Assembly: GCA_015680685.1 (NCBI GenBank)
Contig: MNCI01000459.1
Location: forward strand, 1-64,000
Reading direction: 5' to 3'
Origin: Gnetum montanum
Lineage: Eukaryota; Plantae; Gnetophyta
DNA length: 64,000 nt
Below the pieces are notes generated by a model, which did no database searches, was not told the DNA's origin, and saw nothing but the letters and a program-made list of their open reading frames with translations. Both the position numbers and the translations under genes were made by a program. Positions 25,397 through 37,373 of this stretch are shown piece after piece (within the stretch, counting starts at the first letter, position 1; each line of letters begins with the position of its first letter).

Positions 25397-26619
25397 TGAA
25401 ACACCACAAAATTTTGAGCTTAGTACTTCTCCAACAAGAATCGAGCTAAGTCATGATGCTCTCCAGCATGATCGAAGCTTGAGGACCCCACAGACAGCGT
25501 CAAGCAGAGTCGAACTCAACAAGAAATGGTTCTCTGGGATCCGCAGAAGACCACGACAACATCTGGCATCAAACATGGCAAATTTGAAGCTCAAGATACT
25601 TGGTTTTCACTGAGTATGTAGTATATAGCGTGTACACCTAGCGTGTACGCCCAATGTGCATGCCCAGCATGCACGCCTCACATGTACGCTCAGCACGTAC
25701 AACTAACATGTACATCCAGCATGTAACTCCAAAGACTACATGGAAAAGGCACTTCAGAGCAAGATTTTGTACAAGGCATTAACTCTCAGAGATAGGGCGT
25801 CATTGTGGGCTTAAGAAAATCCAGTTCTAAGCTTGAAATCATGCACTCCTGAGTTCACATGCTGAACAGGAACACCGTGCACGCCCAGCGTGTGTACGCT
25901 GGCATGATTCACACTGTATATTTGTAAAATTTCATTCTTTCACACTCGGTCAACGCGCCACATGTCACTCGATCCGAGAGTCCAGCATCCCATAGGCAAC
26001 CATCTGCTCTCAGATCCAAGTCTAACGTCTAAACTTGTATAAAAATCCTAGTTTTTGACTAGATCGGGATTCAAAAAATTGAAAGGATCTGGGTAAAATA
26101 TGGGGGAAAAAAGGCATTGAGAACATCAGATACATTAATCCTACATGGTAGACTTCCATCTTGCACGCTGAGCATATAGCCTTTACGCTGTGCTTGTAGC
26201 CGAATCTAGCGAACATTAACCCCACTGCATCCACTGGAGCCTTCCACCTACCTTGTGTCAGAACCACAACTGCGTTAGTCTGGTGCATTGTAATTTTCAT
26301 TATGCAATGATATTTCGACAGTTCTTTTGCTAAGATTCATTACATTTTTTTGTTCGTTCTTGTATGCTTATTATTTATATTTCTGTGCGGTTACACTCGG
26401 TTTTACATTTGTTACGCCGTTTACATTTAACCTAGCATATTGTGTATTGGCATACGTTTGGGGAAATCCTTGTCTAATCTGCGTGCGGACCATCCAAGGT
26501 ACTCTACCTTCGTTAGTTCCAGGTCACCCTCAAGCGAAGGTAGGATCTTCTATGCTTGTTCGGTGATCTCTTGGTCTCTGTTTCGTTCCAGCCATTGACC
26601 GATGATTTCGGACAGTACA
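25397..26619 (+). repeat. 5' LTR of the Tat element (1223 bp)
   Basis: TGAAACACC...AGTACA; direct repeat of 42315-43498. Confidence 0.95.
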
Positions 26620-26624
26620 AAAAA

Positions 26625-26641
26625 TGGCGCTAGAAGGAGGG
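26625..26641 (+). promoter_or_regulatory. Primer-binding site, complementary to plant tRNA-Asn
   Basis: TGGCGCTAGAAGGAGGG lies 5 nt after the LTR. The tRNA identity is from recalled plant tRNA-Asn 3' ends. Confidence 0.8.
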
Positions 26642-26789
26642 CCATGAAACTGTTTAAATCTACTTTGATCTCATACACGCACCCTTGTGCTTCAGATTTG
26701 TACCTTGGTTTTCCCAGATTCACATTGCACCAACACTAAACCCAGTTCTAAACTTCCAGGATCTGTACCCTGTTCTATAGCAATCTAAG

Positions 26790-27280
26790 CATCTACATGC
26801 TGCACGGCCCACACTACACACTATAGTCCCTATCTACATGCTACCGCCTCTTTACATGCTGTAGACCCTATCTACATGCTACCACCAATCTGCATGCTGT
26901 AGGCCCTATCTACACGCTACCACCAATCTGCATGCTGTAGAATTTGTCTGCACGTTGCCACACCAAGTTGCACACTGTAGACTTTGTCTGCACGTTGCCA
27001 CACCAATTTGCACTTTGTAAACTTTGTCTGCACGCTACCACACCAATTTTCACACTATAAACTTTGTCTGCATGCTGTCACACCAATTTGCATGATGTAA
27101 ACTTTGTCTGCACGCTGCCACCACTTACAACACGTTGACCACTCTAGCTTCACGCTGATAGTTGTAGTCTGCACATCGCGACCTCAGCTTACACATCGTG
27201 ATCAGTTTTTGTACGCTGGTCATGGAAGCCTGTACAATGGGATCTAGTCCACACACTGTGTAAACAAGCTACACACCATG
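26790..27280. repeat. Degenerate ~38-39-bp tandem array rich in (C)TGCACGCTG in the element 5' UTR
   Basis: Recurrent CTGTAGACTTTGTCTGCACGTTGCCACACCAATTTGCAC-like units. Confidence 0.85.
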
Positions 27281-27353
27281 AACTCAGGTGTATGTTGATA
27301 AGTATACCCATTTCACATCCCTTCCACCGTGTTACATTCACAACCATTTCATC

Positions 27354-30300
27354 ATGAACACTACAAATCCCAATGCTTCAACCAAGCCCATCACAGATAT
27401 CGTAGGCCCCATGGCCATTCAACAACCCATAGTACAACCCATGGTGAGACCTCTTTGGTCTCTCAGACTGTAAGGGAGGAACCCATCATTTAACATTATA
27501 ACACAGGAGCAATATAATTTCATATGCGTAAAAATACAAGTTGGCCTAGTAGTGGACCAAACTGAAATGGAGGCTAAGAGACAATATGAATTGTTTCATA
27601 AGGGAGGACATGAGTTCATCCCTTCTCCCTATGATATCATCCCTCTTCCGGAGCACTACTCAGAGCTTATCTTCCAACTCCTCCTAGCAAGGAATCAATC
27701 TGTAGACCAGCTCATGCCAAACCCCCAAATAGAGGAGGAAGACAATTTCGCGGCTCAATTCGAACATGAGGATTCATATCATACCCTCAACCCACAAACT
27801 TATGTAAACTTGTTATTTCACCCATTCATGGGGGAGACAACGTCCCTCTAGCCATTTAAAATCACTCAAGCACATGTACTTCAACAAGAGGCATCCACTC
27901 TCGTCCCCACTCCTCCTGTGACTGATGCGCAATTCAATATGCTTCCCCCTGCTATTCCTCCCACTACCATAGTACCCCTGTTCTTACAAGTACAACTTCC
28001 TCAAAATAATGTAGGAGTAACCTTCCCACCTCGAGTGATTGGGATGCCATATGTAATACTAGCTTCTACATCAGCACACTATATACCACAGATCCAAACC
28101 CAAGGAGCATCCTTGACAACTATAACTTAACAAGTTTAGGGTGTTCCTACACAAAGCATGACTAGGCAGTGGACTGCGACTGGTGTACAACCACATCAAC
28201 CCCCTCCCTATAACATACCACCTCCTATGATCCTACCCACTAATATCCCTCAAGTACAACAACAACAACAACAACCCCTTGCCTACAACGTGCCGCCCCT
28301 AGTACCACCCACTACAAATATTCCGCAAGTACAACCTCCAACCACACAACTTTCTTCCTTCCAACCCACTGTGCAACAATCTAACTTGTATACTGTACAA
28401 CATAATCCATCGACTATCTCACCTAGTATCCAAGATTGGGCTGATGCCAAAAAATTAATGCAAGAGCTAACTGATGAGGTCAAGCACCTCAAAACAGCTA
28501 CCGATGGAGAGCTTAAGATAGTGGATTTCTATCATGATGATCCTATCAGCTCTTTGGTTCCACCTCTAACACTACCTAAGGGTGTTTCCTTACCCATGTT
28601 AACTAAATACAATGGCAAGATAGACCCCAAAGCCCACCTTATAACATTTAGATTAGAATGCGTGTTACTTCAGGCATGGCCACACGCCATTCTGCAAGTA
28701 TTCCCCATGTCGCTCACAGGGAGAGCACTTGAATAGATTTCCTGGAAGGTTTATTATACTAGTTCGTTACTAGATTCAAGTATAACTTGAAGCCTGAAGC
28801 AATAATTGACAGCCTCATACAGGTCAAGCAAGCACCGCTTGAACCTGTTTAATAATTTATTCAATGGTGGAGTGTTGCCCTCAATGAGCTCCATGAGCCA
28901 ATCCTGGAGACTTATCTCCTCACTATTCTAAAAGGGGCCGTCAATGATTTTTTCAAGTCCAAATTATATTATCTCAATGCACGCACTCTTAGTTAAGAAT
29001 TTGTACAAATAAAGAACATAGAGGAGGTAGCCCAAAACAGTCATGACCCTTCCTATTCAGCCTTTAAAAACCAACATAATAAAAAAGACAAAGAAAAGGC
29101 TAAGGAAACTATAGCAGCAGTAGCAGAAACACAATAAGCAAATATGGGACAACAAGGCAAACTACCTGCTACCCCTACTAATTATGCTAGACCCACTCCT
29201 GCGACTGCATCTGAATCATCCACATCACAAAATCCTACATTAGGCTATGCGAGAAACTTCGAGAGGAGGGACCCCTCTCAATACACACCGTTGCCCATGA
29301 AACCCTCATAATTATTTGACTAACTCTTGAAGGCTAGACTAATGAAACATAAACAATTGTCCCCCGTAGAAATCCAAAGACATGATCGGTTCTATCAATT
29401 GGTTCAGAACCCAAGCCTGGCATGCCAGATGAGCCCCCAGTTCCAAGGGGCTTTAGAATGGACCATTTTTGTGATTATCACCAACGTAATGGGCATGGAA
29501 CTAACTATTGTTTCACCCTAAAACAAGATATTCAATGGATGATCAATGGAGGTCAAATCACTTTTGATGAAGCCAACCTGGTCAAACCACAAAATTAGGC
29601 CATGGGTGTATATAAAAATCCTCTAAATACTAAGGAAGCACCATATGTAATTAACACCATCTACTTGGATAACGAACCAAAAGCACCTAGGATTAACACC
29701 ATCTATTCAGATCATAAGCAGAAAATACCTAAGAGACTATTTGTAGTGCATATTCCTCCTACTACACAAACACCCGCACCTCAATCATCATACTCTCCAT
29801 GTAACCCGCCTACCCCGCAAAGACCCTATGTCATTCGAATACCCCCCGCTGTAGCAACCTCTACCATACCACCACAAGAAAAATCATATATAGTGCATGT
29901 ACCTCCCACCACTACTACTGCAGACATAGAACCTCTTACCCTGCCTGCCCCCTACATAGTCCGAGTGTCACCTGTGGTTGCAACTACAGAGGTCCAACCC
30001 CTAGCTAGACCAACTTCATATGTTGTCAGGATACCCGAGCATCCTGATAACCACCAACATTCCACTCCACAAACACAAAATAGATCGACCCCATATGTTG
30101 TTAGGGTGCCTACGTAGCCTGACACTCAATCATCTTCAACTGCCCAATCGCAACCCTTTCCTGCTCCATATGTCATACGGGTTCCAAAGCAACCTGAGGT
30201 TTACAAATCAACTGTTCCCCCATGTCACGCACAAGAACGCTTGGCAGATAGGCTCACATGGGAATGATTGGAGAAAGAACGTCAATGGCTTGCCTTAGGA

Positions 30301-31486
30301 CCCCCCAAGCCTACTCCACTAAGTGTAGTACCCATGGCATCACCCAATGATAAACCAAACACAAGCTATGAGGGAGAATCATCAGGAATGCATGATACAT
30401 CTAGATCAACGGTGATGAATAAAAATGTCAAATCAACGACGCATGAGATAAAACTGTTGGGCCTGATGGACCAAGTGACTACTGACAAGCATACACCTAA
30501 CAGTGAAGATTTAGCAACAACCCTAACATAGGTCACACAGGCACTTAAATAGAAAAACACTTCATTAAGCTTATACGATCTGATGTTAACTTCTCAAACC
30601 CATTGCGAAGCCCTAGTACATATGCTGACATCAATCCCAGTAAGTGAAGACTTACCTCCAAATGAACCCTCTATCCATGCGGTAATGTATTCACCTCAAG
30701 GATTGACTTCTAACTCACTAGGTTTTTGCGATGACAACACCAAATTCATGAGAAAACAGGAGAAGTGACAACTGCACCTATGTTCATAATGATATAAGTA
30801 AATCAATTCAAAATACATAAGGTGCATGTAGATGATGCTCCCGCTTCGAACAACTAGGGCTTATGGAACTAATTAGACCAACCGCCACCACATGCTTAAA
30901 GTCATTTAGTGGATCACGCGTAGTAGTAAAAGGCATTGTAACTTTGGACTTTATAGTAGGGGATTAGTTCCCCACATCTACGGACTTTTTGGTCATTGAC
31001 AAAATGCTAGGGTTCAACTTAATATTAGGGAGACCTTGGCTAGCCCAACTGAAAGTAGTCTCTTCCCCCATACACCAAGAGATTCACCTGCCTTATGAAG
31101 GTGGTGAAATCATTATACATGGGGAGGCCGCTACACCTACCATCTCGTCACACACGGACACAAACCAAGGCTCAGAGGTTAAGTTTGAAGAGCATAAATA
31201 GGGTGAAGGTGATACAAACGTACATGAAAATTTGCCTAACACAGAGATATGTGGGCCTGAAACTGTATATACACTGCCTAATCTAGAAGCTACAATGAAC
31301 CTAGAAACCACCGTACATGTAGAAACACTAGAAGATGCCAACACAGAAATTGTTCCATCAGACGTCCCTTGGGCCGAATTACCATTCAACATGATCAATG
31401 AATGGGACGCTGAGTATAGAATCATACCCATCAACACCACTCCTAATGTTAAGATGAGGAAAATCAAAAAATTACTAAACCAATAA
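27354..31486 (+). pseudogene. Tat gag-protease, decayed
   Basis: P/Q-rich N-terminus, KYNGKIDPKAHL...FPMSLTGRALE capsid start, CDYHQRNGHGTNYC knuckle (~29470), and protease motifs VHVDD (~30825) and FNLILGRPWL. Confidence 0.85.
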
Positions 31487-32189
31487 ATGACATTCAAGTC
31501 CAAAATGATGCTAAACTACATTTATCATCCGAAATGACGCTAAACTATCACATGTCCGCAATGACATCAAACTAGCCATGGTTAGAAATGTCTAGTCTAC
31601 CAAGAAACCCACTAGTATCATTTGAACTAGTACCTTAAACTAGTGCGTGGGGCCCCAAATGGCCTTAAACTAGAACATCAAGATTATAGTCCATCATGAC
31701 TTTAAACTGACACACAAGTACGCATGGCCCGGAACGGCCCTAAACTAGAGCACTTTCTTACATTTTCCTTCTCTCAATTTAGGTTCAATCTTCGAAGCTA
31801 TGCTTACATTGTTGTGTTATTAATTACAGTTTTCTTTCACGTTCCCCTTTTCACAATTATCTTTCAATTACAATTACATGCCTACTGGCATCCCTACTTT
31901 GTGCATTATACTTAAACAACAAAACAAACCAAAATATTTTACATTGTGGCATCGTGTTTACATTTAAACAAAAATAGCCAAAAGAAAAAAAATATTTTCA
32001 CTTTAAATCTACACTTATCAATGTTCAAACAAATTCAAAATTCAAATATATATATATATATATATTCATGTACAAATAGAAAAATAAAACAATTAACTAA
32101 TTTCAGACACCAGTCCATATACATCCCAAAGCAAAACATTCTGTTTGCAACTCATGCAATAGCATGAGTGATGATAACATCAAATTAAA

Positions 32190-35100
32190 AAACTAAGCTT
32201 TAGGGTTAGGAGGGGTGTCCCCCTCAGAGTCCCCGGCATCACGAGTCCCCGCTCCACTAGGGCCATCTTCTCGATTGTTGCCATCACCTTAACCCTATAA
32301 AAAGGCAAAAAAGAAGAAGAAGAAACAATTAACACAAAAGAAAAGAGAAGAGATTCGAAAGTTATTATCAAGCTTAAAAGACTTACCGAAGAAGATCCTC
32401 CTAGCCCATATTTAACGGATGAAGAATTTCTTCCTCAGAGAAACTGGCCTAGTCAGTCCCATCAAGGCTGAGATCAACGTTGGCTAAAGCCTTCCCTTTA
32501 TCCACTGCGGACCAAGTGGGGTGCTTCAGAGGAAACTCACCCACAGAAACCTCCCCGGATGCTGTGGTAATCACCCTCTTAGGCAATTCCATCTTCACTA
32601 TGGTGTGCTTAGCAAATGTGTCAAATATAGAGCGCAGGCCTAAACCTTCAATGAACATCTCCAGCTGATGCTTCTCTATAGATACTTCTTTTAATGACTT
32701 CTTATAATGATGCTTATGATTCTTCTTATCTTGACCCCATTTCTGCACCTTAGAAGCAAAAGCCTTCAAATCCTAACACTTGAGGTTTAGTAAATCTACT
32801 TGCGCCTTTCACTCTGCTAATGCCCGAGTCATAGTTACCTAGCAGTCCAATAAATTCCAATACCTAGTATAAGTAACTTCAGAAGTCCACTAGGAATGAT
32901 CGCCAGTCAACCTTATAGCCACAAACTCATAGTGCAACTTAAGATCGTCCCGTTCCACTGTTAACTTGGAAATCTCTTTCTCCCCTGCCTGAATTTGCAA
33001 CCATAAACTCTCAATGGATCACGTACATGTCCAAAGAGACTTGGCATTCTACACAAAGCTCTCAGCCACTTCATCATAGATCTGCTGAGGTACTTACTCA
33101 ATCTCTGGTGGCAGTGTAGGCAAACTATCAACACAAGTGGCCTCAGATGGATCCCATCTTAGTTTAGCCCCTGCTCATATGAGGAGAACGTACATTAGAC
33201 ATCGGACAATGGGAACAGATGCGAAAAATCGAAGGATTCAAAATGCTTAAAATATGTCTACCTATTTCAGGATGAGCTTGCTCGATGCGGTCAACTACCT
33301 TGTCAACAACACTAGTTATAAAGTCCATTTTGCTTGGCATTTCGATCCAAGTAAATGGTTCATGCGTGGGAGATGGGTTAACTTTGGTGGTAGTTCCTGT
33401 GGGAGCCTTCATCATAGGGACTTCTAGATGAATGTTGGAATCCGTACTAGCATCAATGTTTTCACCTAGTTACAAAACAAACAGAAAATCAAAACTTCGA
33501 ATAATGAAAAGCATAATCCGAAATCCAAATATACACGATCTGGCGGACATACTGAGGTCTCTCTCTTCCTCCCAATTTGGAGGATCGCCAAGGTCTAACC
33601 TCCCTCTGAGGAAATCGTCAAATATCTCGTGAACCCCACCTTGATCATCGAGGTCACCCTTTTCTGTGGTGTCTTCTTTCTGATCTTTTGTTCGTTCTGT
33701 CTCATCTTTGCCCATTTCCTCCTCTTCATCTAAGTTCGTCGAGGCCTCTTCCTCCTCGATGATCGGTGCTAATCTCTCTCTTCTTACTTGAGAAGTCAAA
33801 TCTAATGGCATTCATAGGTTCAACATCAGCATTGTATAAACAACTGAAAAATAAAAATAATGATGATGATAATAAAACAAGGATAAATCGGTAAATCAAG
33901 CTTACCTCATACAAGCATCTTAAACTGTATACGTTTCACTCTTGGGTCGCCTATGGTTAGAGCAACCTCTTTAGGACACCCACACTTCTGAACTTTCGAT
34001 TTTGCCTTCCCAAGTGTCTCCTTCATTACCTGATCAGCTCTCCTAGCAGTATAAGGTACATCATCTGGCTCCAACCCCACGCTAGCACATGTGTGAATTG
34101 AATGGCCAGACGATCCCTCAGTGGTGATAGAAACCTATTTGTCAATCCCTTCGGGGGCATCTTGAGATTTTGTCACCTCAAATAAATGGCGAATCCATGA
34201 GCGAGATAGTTGCCCATGATCCCTCAACACATACTTTTTGTCCCCACAGACAACCAAAAATTCAGCTAGTCGGTGCAAGTAACCAGTGAAGAATGCGAAG
34301 GTGAAATGGGATTGTACCTCAATATTCAAGCATAACCTCAATATCTCTCCGTGGAAACCTGAAAACAAAAATTGGGCCCAGTTGTAATGCACCCCAGTCT
34401 CTAGAATAGTGTGCATAATATGCACATGTTTTACTTCAAGAGTTTTCATTTGAGATAGAGACTTGGGAAATACCCATGCTCTAAACAAGGGATACAACTC
34501 ATTGAATTCTGTCACTCTTGATTTTCCTTGCATGGGTAATCCCTTAGAGCCTTTGGGGACACCCAACTAGTCCTCCAAATCATGCACAACTTGGAGTTCC
34601 TTTTGAGCCCTGCCCAAGGCCACCCCAATGCCACTTGTCGGTATGCCAAAGAGGTTCGAGAAGAATTCCCCTGACAGACAAAAAACTACTTTCACACCCT
34701 TGACACGAGTGTTATAGGAGGTGATGGATTCGTCGAAAGAATCCACGATTCCAATCATCTCCATCACAGAAATAGTGGAGCTCGGGGCGGCAAACAGATC
34801 CATGAGGCTTGCGTCACTTAAACAACTGATGATCTACGGCGGTGCCTTGGTGCACAACCATCATTGTGTAGCACTAATTTCTTCAAATTTCATGGACAGA
34901 GTGCTCCCAATCCACCCAGTCATGATAGTAGCTCCACCAGGGGGAACATCCACTGCACACATAGGATAACACTGAAGGAGTTAATAAAATCAATGATATA
35001 ACAGAACAACCTAAGGAGTTAGGGAATACTGTGACTCACCATCAGACAATGGATCGGTGTCAGATGTTAAGTCTGAATCATGTGGGAAAATCGGCCCACT

Positions 35101-35833
35101 TTGGGACCAATCCCCATGCAACCATCCCTGAGCCACGCATTGCACAAATGCCTTGGAATACCACTTATGAAAATGAACAATGTCATCCTTAGTCTGAGCT
35201 AATATGGCTCCACGAAGAGTGGAACCTGCCATGAAGGTCTCTAAAGTGGTGTGAGCCAGTGCAAGTCCATCGTCACCTACGCATATTCCATCATTGTCAA
35301 CTTGGGGCCTGCAAAAGAATGGTCGTTAGAATAGGAGAAAAAACCAAACAGTAGAATAGAAATGAAAAATTAAACAACTTTACCTCTCCACCCTATACAC
35401 CGTGCCCGGAGGGTTCTGAAATAATGTATGTGCATGAGCAGCCAAAAATAAGGTGCTATTGAGATAGTGAGGGCCATGTGGCAATATGTCCCATACACGT
35501 GATAACGGTCGGATAGATCTGGGCCCTCTAGAAGGACCATCCTCAATCATAAGCGGTCCCTTGTCAATGTCCATCATGAAAGCCATAACGTCATTTGAAG
35601 ATCCTGGCAACATTGTCTCAAGCACGCTCCGCGCTAATTGTTTGCTTAGATGGGACCATATTACTACTTTGAATCTGTCTAAAATGAAGGCAAGGAACTC
35701 ATAGGCCCCTTCCCTGAACCATACCCCATTGTTATCAATAGTCATATCAGGGGCAGGTTTGTTGGAATCAATGGGCCTAAACCATGCCAGAACTCCAACA
35801 AGCTCCACCACCAGAAGGAAAGGTTTGAGATCC
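32190..35833 (-). pseudogene. Antisense multi-exon accessory gene inside the Tat element (NIF/FCP1-like, PMD/Transposase_32-like, acidic, coiled coil), decayed
   Basis: GT-AG introns at 35309-35383, 34953(or 34972)-35039, 33844-33905 and 32295-32386, plus an acceptor at 35834. Splicing 35309-35383 joins ORFs 35380-35811 and 35011-35232 in frame. Confidence 0.7.
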
Positions 35834-35924
35834 CTGCAAGAATTTAGGAAACAAAGTCAATCAGTTACGTACAAACAAGGTTTGATGCTAGGGGCCAACA
35901 CTTAGAAAAAAGATTCCCAATGTT

Positions 35925-36740
35925 TACGCTCAGCGTACACATGCTGCACGCTGCAAAACTCAATGTGCGAACCCAGTGTGCGAACCCAGCGTGCATGCTG
36001 CACGCTGCAAAACTCAGTGTGCAAACCTTGCACGCTACACGCTGCAAAACACAGCATGCGAATCTTGCATGCTGCAAAACCCAGAAACTCAGCGTCTGAA
36101 CCCTGCACGCTGAAATGTGGATACATAAACCCCACACGCTGAGCATTTTAACTCTATCTTGCACACCGATTGCACAACACAAAAACAAAATTCCCACATG
36201 ACATGCCGAGACTACGGAGACAGGCTAGGTCGTACGCTATACACCGAAGTAAAAGAAGGGGAAATTAAAGGAAAATACAAATGTTAGCAGAGGATCAAGG
36301 CATATCAGGATGACGATCCTGACCATGCAGGGATCATGGGTTTAGGCAGACACCAGAGCATCGTCACGCTCTCCTCCACAAAGGTCAAACTGGGCTCCTT
36401 CCTCCCCTGGCCTTCTACTTCCTTTCCCTTGCCCATCGCTGCACGTTGAGCTGAACCCTACATGCTGGGGTTTGGTCCTGCATGCCAAGCTGAACCCTAC
36501 ATGCTAGGGTTTGGTCCTGCATGCTGAGCTGAACCCTACATGCTAGGGTTTCGTCCTGTACACTGCGCTAATTTCTATAGGTTGGGATTTTAACCCTACA
36601 TGCTAGGGTTTGGTCTTGCACGCCGAGCTAAACCCTGCACACTGGGGTTTGGTCCTATATGCCACGCTAATTTCTGCACGCTCAAATTTTAACCCTACAC
36701 GCTCGGTTCTTATCTCGTACGCTGCGCTGAACCCTACATG
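35925..36740. repeat. Two CACGCTG/CATGCTG-rich tandem arrays (35925-36140 and 36445-36740) upstream of the antisense exons
   Basis: GCACGCTGCAAAACTCAG units, and ~39-bp CTGAACCCTACATGCTAGGGTTTGGTCCTGCATGC units. Confidence 0.85.
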
Positions 36741-37373
36741 CCGAAGATGACTGTTCCTTCACGCTGACGCCATGGGTCCGAGGTTCATACCAAAACTATT
36801 GCCTAAAATCCACGTTCACGCTGAAACTGTTGCATGAAATGTACGTTCATGTTGCGACTTGGGCTTACGCTCACGTTGCAATTTGGCTTCTGTTCACGCT
36901 AACTGTGTTGACTGTCAGTCGGGTTCACGCTCACTTTATTTTATATCGCTGCGTTGACCCCGCCGTCGCTGCCTTAAATTTTTTTTATGCGATTTATTTA
37001 CAAAGTATGAGCAAATGCAAAATAAAAGTAATAAGATAATGAAAACTACCACATACCATATTCTCTCGCAAAGCAATTTCGGTTGCCCACGCTGAACATT
37101 TTGGCACAAACTCCTCATCTGACAGTACAGATTATGCATCAAATAGGAACCATGAATGAACGGTTGTGGCCTGGTAAGGTCTTAAACTGCCACGACCAGT
37201 CCTTCATGATTGTAAACTAACAGGCGAGGCCCGGTATAGCCTTAAACTGCCAACATGTTCAGGTATGATGATAAACTACCACCACATACCTTAGCCACTG
37301 TTAAATGTACACAGGATTTAAATTACTTAGAATGATGTAACAACCCCTCCTAGCTCACTCTGCTCCCTATTTA

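Noticed and set aside
31498-31746. Hammerhead ribozyme (GTCC...GAC..AAAC resembles stem II plus GAAAC)
   Set aside because: No CUGANGA core is present, and the tail is TAAAC rather than GAAAC.
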